A stretch of DNA of 11,265 nucleotides from Calditrichaceae bacterium. GTDB lineage: Bacteria > Calditrichota > Calditrichia > Calditrichales > JBFXGD01. The stretch spans positions 1-11,265 of the forward strand of contig JBFXGD010000115.1 of the NCBI GenBank assembly GCA_050178385.1. Direction: 5' to 3'. Within the stretch, counting starts at the first letter, position 1, and each line of letters opens with the position of its first letter. Under the pieces are notes generated by a model that was not told the origin of the DNA, made no database searches, and worked only from the letters and a program-made list of their open reading frames with translations. This document shows, piece after piece, positions 1 through 7,825 of the stretch. A program made the translations under genes and the position numbers.

Positions 1-372
1 GAAACGCTGCTAAAACATAATCCCCATATGACATTCTGTTATGTGTCGGGAGCCGGAACCGACAGTTCTGAAAATGGAAAGGTGATGTGGGCCAGGGTAA
101 AGGGGAAGACCGAAAACGATCTTCTGAAGATGGCTTTTAAGTCCGCTTATATGTTTCGTCCGGGATACATTCAGCCGACGAAAGGATTAAAGAACGCGTA
201 TAAAATATACCGGTATTTATCACCGTTTTATCCGGTCTGGAAAACGTTGTTTCCGAACTATGTCTGTACACTTGAGGAGATCGGACTAGCAATGATCAGT
301 GTCGTAAAAGAAGATACGGAACAAAAGATACTGGAGAATAAAGAGATTCGGCAGATTGCGGCGCGATCATAG
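1..372 (+). CDS. NAD(P)-binding epimerase/dehydratase-like (atypical SDR, CC3/TIP30-like) protein, 5'-truncated
   Basis: Frame is open from base 1 (ETLLKHNPH-MTFCYVSGAGTDSSE...), so the real start lies outside the window. The motifs 'FCYVSGAGTD', 'WARVKGKTENDL' and 'FRPGYIQP' are typical of the C-terminal half of this Rossmann-fold family. Stop TAG at 370-372. Confidence 0.85.
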   Translation, partial: ETLLKHNPHMTFCYVSGAGTDSSENGKVMWARVKGKTENDLLKMAFKSAYMFRPGYIQPTKGLKNAYKIYRYLSPFYPVWKTLFPNYVCTLEEIGLAMISVVKEDTEQKILENKEIRQIAARS

Positions 373-601
373 GCTTTTAGAATAAAAAATTACCTTATCT
401 GAGCGGTGCTCATCTACCGCTTATGAATCAAGAATTGCCAGACCGCCCGCTGAAGTCTCTTTGTAGATACTCGGCAAATCATTTTTATTGATACAAGCCG
501 GTACGATAAAATCCGCTTCTGCCTGACTGGTCAGATTGGATTTAATCCTTTGTGATTGAGCGCGGGCGGATGTGTCGGTGTGAATGTATCGGATTTTGTT
601 C

Positions 602-1165
602 TTAATGCTTGACCGGGATGCTTTTACCAAATTTTTTCACGACTTTACCGGTGGATGTAAAAGATATTCCCTGACCCATTTTTGTGGTGATCATTAACGC
701 TTCCACTATCGGGCTGCTCACTTCATTTTCTGTATTCCATTCGACGATAAAATTTGCCCCGGTACCGCCTGTTTTATCCTTATCCTCTATGATAATATTC
801 AATGTTTCAAGCGGTAATAATACTCTATTGGTGTCAATATATTTCCGTATCAGACGGCCCTTTGTATCATGATAATATACTTTTTTCAATGTAACCGGAT
901 AACGCAGGTCCGTATTATGGATACTTAAAGTCGCGGATAATTGTATGGTGCTTTTCTGATCTTTGTAAAAAATCTCTGAATAGATGGGAAGATAAATAAT
1001 TTCACCATAGAATATATCAGGTTCGTTTTCAATAAGATAGGAATACTGATACGGTTTTATCAGCTCTTCTTTGTTCTGAGAATTAACTGTATTTTCCGGT
1101 GATTTCCCGCAGGACCAGAAACTCAATACAAAAGAAAACAACAGTATAAAATATATTGACCGCAT
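602..1165 (-). CDS. DUF3124-family predicted lipoprotein (187 aa)
   Basis: The ORF-track start at 1366 looks too long. ATG at 1165 has a GGAG RBS just upstream and begins a lipoprotein signal (MRSIYFILLFSFVLSFWS-C). The motifs 'YLPIYSEI', 'LSATLSIHNTD', 'YHDTKG', 'GGTGANFIVEW', 'PIVEALM' and 'QGISFTS' match my recollection of DUF3124. Confidence 0.82.
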   Translation of the reverse strand: MRSIYFILLFSFVLSFWSCGKSPENTVNSQNKEELIKPYQYSYLIENEPDIFYGEIIYLPIYSEIFYKDQKSTIQLSATLSIHNTDLRYPVTLKKVYYHDTKGRLIRKYIDTNRVLLPLETLNIIIEDKDKTGGTGANFIVEWNTENEVSSPIVEALMITTKMGQGISFTSTGKVVKKFGKSIPVKH

Positions 1166-1442
1166 AATCTCTCCAAATAACTGAACATCAGATTTTAAGA
1201 AATTACCATTTTTCTTGCTCGAGATCAAAGAAATTAAAAACAAAAAAATCATTTTTACGGTCTTTTCTAAACGCCTGTTAAAAGAATGATCAGGGAGACA
1301 CCATAATTTTAAAAGATAAGGGTATTCAATATCAGGAAGACATAATGCGTTTAAAATTATAGGCACTAAATTGGTTAGTACATCTAACTTTCGTTACCAC
1401 CATTTAATAAAATTAAAGGTTTAGGAAATAAAAATTATTTTA

Positions 1443-1471
1443 TTGTGTGGATATATACGATTTGTTATAAT
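1443..1471 (+). promoter_or_regulatory. Putative sigma70 promoter for the TonB-dependent receptor
   Basis: TTGTGT (1443-1448), 17-nt spacer, TATAAT (1466-1471), with extended -10 TG at 1463-1464 (TGnTATAAT). Confidence 0.6.
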
Positions 1472-1754
1472 TAAGTGTTCATTTTGCGTTTTGATACGAA
1501 ATCTGAATCCTATCACACTCTAATCAGCTGGTAACGGAAAATTCTAACCACCAAAAATCTGTAGTTGAATCATTCGGAGAAAGACAGGAACATCCAAAAG
1601 TGCGGTTACAGTTCATCGGGCAGGCAGATGATATAGACTTATGTTTATGATTCCCGGCGGCAAAAGATGCATCTATAACGTTTTGTTCTAAAATATATTT
1701 CTGACAACATCATATCGGGGAAAGGAGGGGAACAGGTATTGATATCCGGGGGAT

Positions 1755-1782
1755 TTTTAATTAATCGTACTTTTAATTAATC
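1755..1782. repeat. Direct repeat TTTTAATTAATC x2 just upstream of the receptor RBS; possible operator
   Basis: Identical 12-mers at 1755-1766 and 1771-1782 (period 16), each containing the palindrome TTAATTAA. Confidence 0.45.
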
Positions 1783-1805
1783 CCATGCAATTTTGGAGGT
1801 TGTGT

Positions 1806-4800
1806 ATGAAGATTACCAATTTTTTGTTTAGTGTGATTTTCTCTTTTATGGTATTGTTAGCGCCATTGACTATCCATGCTCAGGGAGTTACAAAAGCTGC
1901 GTTAAACGGAATCGTCACCGATGACCAGGGTGTACCCCTCGAAGGGGCAAATGTTGTCGCGGTACATGAGCCAAGCGGGACGTCCTATGGCACTTCTGTA
2001 AGATCGGGGGGGGTTTTTGATATTCTTGATATGCGTGTGGGGGGACCCTATACGGTCTCAGTGACATTTGTCGGATATACTCCAATGGAAGAACGGAATG
2101 TGTTTTTAAGTTTAGGACAGACCGTCCGGATTGATTTTAAAGTACGTGAAGAAGCCCTGACAGGCGAAACCATTGAGGTAATAGCAGAGCGTGACGAGGT
2201 CATGAACAGTGACAGAACAGGGGCGGCAACATTTATCAACCCTGAAGAAGTAGCTCAGATGCCTTCCGTTAAAAGAAGCACACGGGATCTAGTCCGATTA
2301 GATCCTCGAAGTGACGGCAACTTTAGTATCGGGGGGAGAAACTGGCTTTACAATAACCTGTCGCTTGACGGTTCTTATTTTAATAATCCTTATGGTCTGG
2401 ATGATCCGTCTCCGGGCGGCCAGGCCAATGCAGAACCTGTTCCGTATGATGCCGTTGAGCAGGTTCAGGTTTCTGTAGCGCCTTTTGATGTAAGAGAAGG
2501 CGGTTTCACCGGTGCCGGTATCAATACGGTGACGAAAAGCGGTACAAACACTTTCAGAGGATCTCTCTACAGTTTTTACAGAGATGAAAATTTTATAGGC
2601 AACAAAGTTAAGGGTACAGAGGTGATCGCGAATCCTGATCTTTCTTTTAACCAATCGGGTTTTACAGTGAGTGGGCCGATTATTGAAAATAAACTGTTTT
2701 TCTTTATCAACGGTGAACTTGAGAGAAGAGATGACCCGGGGACAAATTTTGCGGCGGATCGGGACGGTAACGTTGAATTTGGGGAGTCACGCGTAAGCGC
2801 CGCAATTATGGACTCCATACGGCAAAGAATGATAGATGTGTACGGGTACGATCCGGGACCGTATGAGGGGTATGTTCATGAGACCAATAATGAAAAGCTG
2901 CTTTTCAAACTGGACTGGAACATCAATGAAAGCAATAACGCCTCTTTCAGGTATAATTATCTCGACGCGAGGCGTGATCTTCCACCTCATCCGTTTGTTT
3001 TAAGTTTTGGTGGAACCGGCCGCGGACCGAATCAGAGCAGTTTGCCTTTCAGAAATTCGGGTTATGAAATAAACAATGAACTCAATTCCTACGCGCTCGA
3101 AGTGAACAGCCGATTTGGAAAACTCACGAACCGATTCTTTGCAAGTTATAACCGTTTCCGCGATTTCAGAAATCCGTTCAGCGAAGATTTTCCTACCATT
3201 GATATCGCCGAAAACGGGGTAACCTATACCACGCTTGGAGAAGAGCCGTTTTCGATCAACAATATCCTGGATCAGGATGTATGGCAGTTTACCAATAACG
3301 TGACCTATTTTAAGGGAAAGCACGTATTGACGGCGGGAACGACTTTTGAGACCTATTCATTTTATAACTCATTCAACATATTTCGTCATGGTGTGTTTTT
3401 CCTGCCGTATTTTGTTGATTTTGAAGGCGACGGGATACCCAACGGCAGTATGTTTCCATCTCTTGATGATTTTTTTGCGGCAACGGATCCCAGTGATCCG
3501 ATTGATCTGAGAGGAATGGTTGGGAGCGGTCCATATAAAGGAGAAGATATTGATGTGGGACAGCTGGCGGTTTATGGCCAGGATGAATATTTACTCACAC
3601 CAAATTTTAATGTGAAGCTCGGGTTGAGAGTTGATGTCCCGTTTTATTTCAATGATGTGGTAGATAATCCGTTTTCAAGAGAATTGACTCTGCTGGATGA
3701 GAAGGGTAATCCTGAGACGGTAGATCAAAGCAAACTGCCGGATTCATCACCCCTGTTTTCTCCCCGATTTGGCTTTAACTGGGATGTCAAGGGAGACAGG
3801 AGTACTCAGGTTCGGGGCGGGACAGGTATCTTTACCGGACGCGTGCCGTTTGTCTGGGTTGGAAACAACATCTCCAATCCCGGTCAGAATCCAAATTTAC
3901 CGGCGCATCAAAGGTCTTTTGACCTGAATGCCATGGATGATGATTTCAAATGGCCGCAGGTATGGACGACGAACCTGGCGGTTGACCAGAAACTACCCTG
4001 GTGGGGACTGTTGGGCACTCTCGAATTTATTTATGGTGATGATATCAACTCTGTGTTTGTAAGAAACGCGGATCTCGTTAGTCCGGTACGCACTCTCCCC
4101 ATTGACGGCCGTCCTTATTATGGTGGCGCGGGGAACAATGAACTGAATCCGGATGGCGGAGCAGGAGTGTACGTTATTGATAATACCGGAAAAGGATACA
4201 ATTACAGTTTTACCGCCCAGTTGCGTAAGTCATTTGATATGGGATTAAACACAACTTTCTCGTACACGTTTCTGGAGGCGAAGAACACCCTCAAATCAAC
4301 AGAAATTGCCAGTGTTTTATGGGCTGAGAATCCAACAAAAGGTAATCCGAACAAACCGGAATTGGGTTATTCAGAGTTTGGAAACCGGCACAGGTTTATC
4401 GGCGGAGCCACCTATCGTCATGTTTGGTCAAAGAGTTGGGCCACTCATTTTGGAATGTTTTTCGAATACGCAGAGGGTAACAGATTCTTCGGCGCCGGCG
4501 GCAACAGGTATTCTTTCCTTTATTCAGGTGATGTAAACGGTGATGGAATGGCAGGAAATGATCTGATTTATGTGCCGCGCGACGAAAGTGAAATCAATTT
4601 TGAAGATTACACTGATGATAACGGAAATCTTGTCACTGCAGCGGATCAATGGACCCGGTTTAATAAATTTATCGAACAGGATGATTATTTAAAAGAGCAC
4701 CGCGGAGAGATAACCGAGCGGTTTGGCGCGATCAATCCATGGTTCAGTAATATCGATTTAAGGATTCTGCAGGATTTCGCCATTAATATGAATGGTCACA

Positions 4801-5057
4801 AACACACTTTCCAGCTTAGTCTGGATATCTTAAATGTGGCTAACCTGATCAATTCGGACTGGGGTGTGAGAGAAGTTGCCAGTTCAGCGGCTACTTCACC
4901 GCTGGAACTAGCCACCAATGAAGACGGAAGCCCCAAATTTACGGCGGGAGGAGATCCCATATTTCATTATCAGGGACCAAGCAAGACTTATATTGATGAT
5001 CCGGGACTGGATTCACGCTGGCGCGCCCAGATTGGAATCCGTTACCTGTTTAATTAA
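1806..5057 (+). CDS. Oar-like TonB-dependent outer-membrane receptor with N-terminal carboxypeptidase-regulatory-like domain
   Basis: ATG at 1806 is preceded by GGAGGT (1795-1800), so it is preferred over 1785. Signal peptide ends in IHA-Q. CarboxypepD_reg-like N-terminus 'GIVTDDQGVPLEGANVVAVHEPSGT...GGPYTVSVTFVGY'; plug motif 'FDVREGGFTGAGINTVTKSGTN'; 'GDVNGDG..NDLIYVP'; C-terminal beta-signal 'RAQIGIRYLFN'. Confidence 0.93.
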   Translation: MKITNFLFSVIFSFMVLLAPLTIHAQGVTKAALNGIVTDDQGVPLEGANVVAVHEPSGTSYGTSVRSGGVFDILDMRVGGPYTVSVTFVGYTPMEERNVFLSLGQTVRIDFKVREEALTGETIEVIAERDEVMNSDRTGAATFINPEEVAQMPSVKRSTRDLVRLDPRSDGNFSIGGRNWLYNNLSLDGSYFNNPYGLDDPSPGGQANAEPVPYDAVEQVQVSVAPFDVREGGFTGAGINTVTKSGTNTFRGSLYSFYRDENFIGNKVKGTEVIANPDLSFNQSGFTVSGPIIENKLFFFINGELERRDDPGTNFAADRDGNVEFGESRVSAAIMDSIRQRMIDVYGYDPGPYEGYVHETNNEKLLFKLDWNINESNNASFRYNYLDARRDLPPHPFVLSFGGTGRGPNQSSLPFRNSGYEINNELNSYALEVNSRFGKLTNRFFASYNRFRDFRNPFSEDFPTIDIAENGVTYTTLGEEPFSINNILDQDVWQFTNNVTYFKGKHVLTAGTTFETYSFYNSFNIFRHGVFFLPYFVDFEGDGIPNGSMFPSLDDFFAATDPSDPIDLRGMVGSGPYKGEDIDVGQLAVYGQDEYLLTPNFNVKLGLRVDVPFYFNDVVDNPFSRELTLLDEKGNPETVDQSKLPDSSPLFSPRFGFNWDVKGDRSTQVRGGTGIFTGRVPFVWVGNNISNPGQNPNLPAHQRSFDLNAMDDDFKWPQVWTTNLAVDQKLPWWGLLGTLEFIYGDDINSVFVRNADLVSPVRTLPIDGRPYYGGAGNNELNPDGGAGVYVIDNTGKGYNYSFTAQLRKSFDMGLNTTFSYTFLEAKNTLKSTEIASVLWAENPTKGNPNKPELGYSEFGNRHRFIGGATYRHVWSKSWATHFGMFFEYAEGNRFFGAGGNRYSFLYSGDVNGDGMAGNDLIYVPRDESEINFEDYTDDNGNLVTAADQWTRFNKFIEQDDYLKEHRGEITERFGAINPWFSNIDLRILQDFAINMNGHKHTFQLSLDILNVANLINSDWGVREVASSAATSPLELATNEDGSPKFTAGGDPIFHYQGPSKTYIDDPGLDSRWRAQIGIRYLFN

Positions 5058-5069
5058 TTGATGCAAAAC

Positions 5070-5102
5070 AAAAGCCCTGTTCAGATTGGACAGGGCTTTT
5101 TT
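5070..5102. terminator. Intrinsic terminator, probably bidirectional, between the convergent receptor and HAD genes
   Basis: AAAAGCCCTGTTCA-GAT-TGGACAGGGCTTTTTT: GC-rich stem (one G-U pair on +) with an A tract before and a T tract after. Confidence 0.88.
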
Positions 5103-5127
5103 CATTTGAAAAGCAATAATATTTTTG

Positions 5128-5853
5128 TTAATCACAGGCAGCCACGATCTGAAGAATATCTTCCGCTTTAATTGCCTTGAAATCAGGTTTTGCCCGCCAT
5201 GAATCCGCGCCGTTTTCTGCTCCGTAGAGCGCGCTGATACTCCTTAGGTTCAATTCGCTCTTTTGCTTTTCCAGATATTTGTTGGCGTTGATCACGCACT
5301 GCACGTCTGTTTCATGGTCGCCCACATAAAAAATAGTACCGGGATTCGACATGCGCAGCTTTTCGATACATAACAACAACCCGCGCGGGTTGGGCTTTTG
5401 CTCTCGTATATCAACTTCTTCATACCCGATGATTAGGTTAAAAAAAGATAGCAGGTCATTCTCTTTCAATTTAGCGACAATGCTTGATCTTGAATTTTGG
5501 GAAACAATCGCCTGAATTTTTATTCCGGGATGACGAATAACATTTTCAATCCCAGGGAAGATCGGTACATCAGTATGATCCGCCAACTGAAATTCTGTCC
5601 ATAATCTGCCCGCTTCGTCAATCTGATGATCGTTTAACCGGAATTCATTTCTGTAAAGTTCCCGCCAGTTGGCAGACTCAATATTTGCTTTTTGATAGTT
5701 TGGGATTGAATGAAGGGCAGGGAATTCATCTGAATTTTTCCCGCTGATCTTTTCTATAATTTTTTTTGTGACATTCAAATTCTTCTGTCTGGTATCGACA
5801 AGCGTGCCGTCATAATCCCAGATAATTGTATTCGTATTCCGTTTTTGGAGCAT
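5128..5853 (-). CDS. HAD-superfamily hydrolase (subfamily IA, phosphoglycolate-phosphatase-like)
   Basis: Motif I 'WDYDGTLVDT', motif II 'IVSQN', motif III 'QKPNP', motif IV 'YVGDHETD'. RBS AGGAG upstream of the ATG. Confidence 0.9.
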   Translation of the reverse strand: MLQKRNTNTIIWDYDGTLVDTRQKNLNVTKKIIEKISGKNSDEFPALHSIPNYQKANIESANWRELYRNEFRLNDHQIDEAGRLWTEFQLADHTDVPIFPGIENVIRHPGIKIQAIVSQNSRSSIVAKLKENDLLSFFNLIIGYEEVDIREQKPNPRGLLLCIEKLRMSNPGTIFYVGDHETDVQCVINANKYLEKQKSELNLRSISALYGAENGADSWRAKPDFKAIKAEDILQIVAACD

Positions 5854-6073
5854 AATTTACTCCTGTTAGTTAAAATCTGGTAACATTTGCTAAAAATACT
5901 TCTTGCGGATCTTAACCGCTATAAAAATCAACGGGAAAGTTTTCGGACACATAATGAAATATAGATATAAATTAATGAATCAGCAATTTTACGGTCAGAA
6001 GACATTATTTAAAATGGATAAATGAAATTAAATAATAAGATGTTCCGATTTAGAGCCGGTTGAGTTCCGGGGC

Positions 6074-6113
6074 AAAAAAAAGACCTTGCTAAGTTTATAT
6101 TTAACAAGGTCTT
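6074..6113 (-). terminator. Intrinsic terminator of tRNA-Asn
   Basis: Minus strand reads AAGACCTTGTTAA-(8 nt loop)-TTAGCAAGGTCTT followed by a T run (8 T in total), starting 4 nt after the tRNA 3' end. Confidence 0.85.
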
Positions 6114-6117
6114 AATG

Positions 6118-6190
6118 CTCCGGCGGTAGGACTCGAACCTACAACCTAGTGGTTAACAGCCACCCGCTCTGCCGATTGAGCTACGCCGGA
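6118..6190 (-). tRNA. tRNA-Asn (anticodon GTT); CCA not encoded
   Basis: Reverse complement TCCGGCG-TA-GCTCAATCGGCAGAGC-G-GGTGG-CTGTTAA-CCACT-AGGTT-GTAGG-TTCGAGT-CCTAC-CGCCGGA-G: perfect 7-bp acceptor stem, D arm, anticodon GTT, TTCGA T-loop, discriminator G, followed by CAT rather than CCA. Confidence 0.98.
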
Positions 6191-6216
6191 ATGATTGTTT
6201 CAAAATAGAAGTGCAA

Positions 6217-6245
6217 AATATAAGGACTACTTACATATGAGTCAA
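6217..6245 (-). promoter_or_regulatory. sigma70 promoter of tRNA-Asn
   Basis: Minus strand: TTGACT (6245-6240), 17-nt spacer, TATATT (6222-6217), 26 nt upstream of the mature tRNA 5' end. Confidence 0.75.
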
Positions 6246-6281
6246 GATATTCAGTTGATTTTTTTTAAATATTTTTATGTT

Positions 6282-7310
6282 TTATGAGATACCAACACCG
6301 GCAATAACCGCATTACACTCAGGACACATACCGTTTTGAATTTTGTTCATGAAAACCGTATGCCAGTCTCGTTCGATCAGGGCGGTGTGACATTCCGGAC
6401 AATATGTGGTTTGGCCTTCAGAATCATGAACATTCCCCACATAACAGTACTTTATGCCCATAGATTGGGCAATACTACGGGCGCGTTTGAGCGTTGCGGG
6501 AGGTGTGGAAATTTTGTCATGCATCTTGAAATCCGGATGGAAAGCGGTAAAATGTAATGGAATTTTATCACCAAGATTATTAAGAATCCATTCACACATT
6601 TTTTTGATTTCGTCATCCGAATCATTCTCACCGGGAATAAGCAAAGTTGTTATTTCAAACCAGATATTTGTTTCATGACGAAGCCACGTGAGTGTGTCGA
6701 GGACAGGACCAAGATGCGAAAATGTGAGCTTATGATAAAAAGTTTCGGTAAAGGCTTTTAAATCAACATTAGCTGCATCTATATATTTATAAACGTCCTT
6801 TCGCGCTTTCTTATCAATATAGCCGGATGTAACCATTACTGATTTGATGCCTTTATCACGGCCTATTCTGGAAATATCTATGACGTATTCCCCGAAGATA
6901 GTTGGATCATTGTAAGTATAGGCTATGGAAGGAACCTTTCTCCGGATAGCAAGATCAACCACCTGTTCAGGGGTCGCGCTCATTGCGTTTAAATCATCCA
7001 GCCGGCTTTTGCTCATTGACCAGTTCTGGCAAAACTTACAACCTAAATTACAACCGGCTGTTCCAAAACTCAGGATGGAAGATCCCGGAAAAAAGTGATT
7101 TAATGGTTTCTTCTCAATAGGATCAACCGCAAATCCCGTTGGTCTGCCGTAACCGGCGGAGTATAATTTTCCGTCTATATTTTGGCGAATAAAGCAGAAT
7201 CCTGACTGACCCGCCCCAATTTTACAGTATCTGGGGCAGAGCGTACACAAAACCCGGTCATTTTCCAGCTCTTCCCACCAGTTTGCTAATTTTAATTCGC
7301 TACTCATCAT
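6282..7310 (-). CDS. amrS: AmmeMemoRadiSam system radical SAM enzyme (PflA-related)
   Basis: N-terminal 'CTLCPRYC...GFCFIR', 'DPIEKKPLNHF', radical SAM CxxxCxxC 'GCNLGCKFCQN', 'AYTYNDP', 'DAANVDLK', 'PLHFTAFHP', 'YVGNV', and C-terminal paired CPEC...CPEC. Confidence 0.93.
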   Translation of the reverse strand: MMSSELKLANWWEELENDRVLCTLCPRYCKIGAGQSGFCFIRQNIDGKLYSAGYGRPTGFAVDPIEKKPLNHFFPGSSILSFGTAGCNLGCKFCQNWSMSKSRLDDLNAMSATPEQVVDLAIRRKVPSIAYTYNDPTIFGEYVIDISRIGRDKGIKSVMVTSGYIDKKARKDVYKYIDAANVDLKAFTETFYHKLTFSHLGPVLDTLTWLRHETNIWFEITTLLIPGENDSDDEIKKMCEWILNNLGDKIPLHFTAFHPDFKMHDKISTPPATLKRARSIAQSMGIKYCYVGNVHDSEGQTTYCPECHTALIERDWHTVFMNKIQNGMCPECNAVIAGVGIS

Positions 7311-7452
7311 AACTCAATTTTGCAAAATAAATGGTATGAAAGCAATAACCATCACTAATAAGTTTACAGCGATATTATTATAAAACGATGAATTTGGATC
7401 AAATATGCCATAAGTTAGTAGAAGTTTACAAAAAAATGATTTAATTACGATG

Positions 7453-7480
7453 ATCTTTTGAACAATTATGTTCAAAAGAT
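7453..7480. promoter_or_regulatory. Perfect 12-bp inverted repeat (candidate operator) in the divergent amrS / signalling-module intergenic region
   Basis: ATCTTTTGAACA-atta-TGTTCAAAAGAT. The right-hand part (TATGTTCAAAAGA, 7467-7479) recurs exactly at 7901-7913. Confidence 0.6.
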
Positions 7481-7579
7481 AAAAAAAACTCAAATGTTTT
7501 ACTTAGGTGTCGAAGATTATTTTAAGAAAAAGTAAATATCAGATTAGAACGAATATTTTAAGGATAAAGATAAGCTTAT

Positions 7580-7825
7580 ATGGAAGGTACAAAGGATATG
7601 ATCGGGTTGCCGACAGGAGGTCAGGACGACTATCAAAAATTTATAGAATTACTCAGAACCAGATTGAATATATTAAACGCTTCAGTTTTTTTATTGCAGG
7701 ATACTATAAATTGTGAAGATAACAAAACAAATGGATATATTAAACGTATCAACAATGAACTCGAACGTATTAGAACGTTAATAATTGATTTTCCGGAAAA
7801 ATCCAGGGGGGAAAATCAGAAGTAA
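7580..7825 (+). CDS. Small protein resembling a stand-alone HisKA (DHp) domain that lacks the phospho-acceptor His
   Basis: 'ELLRTRLNILNASVFLLQD...YIKRINNELERIRTLIIDF' follows the HisKA pattern 'HELRTPL..I.....LL......Y...I..E..RL..LI.DL'. Same strand and directly upstream of a histidine kinase. Start is uncertain (7580 or 7598). Confidence 0.7.
   Translation: MEGTKDMIGLPTGGQDDYQKFIELLRTRLNILNASVFLLQDTINCEDNKTNGYIKRINNELERIRTLIIDFPEKSRGENQK

Noticed and set aside
421..630. 69-aa minus-strand ORF
   Set aside because: Overlaps the DUF3124 gene end, has no clear RBS and no recognisable motif; cannot be supported.
1166..1366. N-terminal extension of the 602..1366 ORF
   Set aside because: No RBS at 1366 and the sequence looks like AT-rich intergenic DNA; ATG 1165 has an RBS and starts a lipoprotein signal peptide.
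1389..1539. Inverted TGGTAACG half-sites (about 1392-1399 and 1529-1536)
   Set aside because: Only 8 nt and about 130 nt apart; compatible with chance.
1500..1620. Partial resemblance to the c-di-AMP (ydaO) riboswitch (CTGAATCC...GGTAACGG...TGAATC)
   Set aside because: The conserved GGGGGA/GGGGTGAA and the 3' CCCGAA..CCG.CAGCTAAC elements are absent. Cobalamin and TPP cores were not found either.
1641..1691. 16-codon upstream ORF MFMIPGGKRCIYNVLF
   Set aside because: No RBS, no run of regulatory codons and no attenuator hairpin.
1..6117. Genomic island integrated at the tRNA-Asn 3' end
   Set aside because: No integrase, no duplicate of the tRNA 3' end in the window, and the tRNA keeps its native terminator.
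7507..7716. 69-aa plus-strand ORF overlapping the small DHp-like gene
   Set aside because: Alternative frame, K/R/I-rich as expected for AT-rich non-coding frames; the 7580 frame carries the recognisable pattern.
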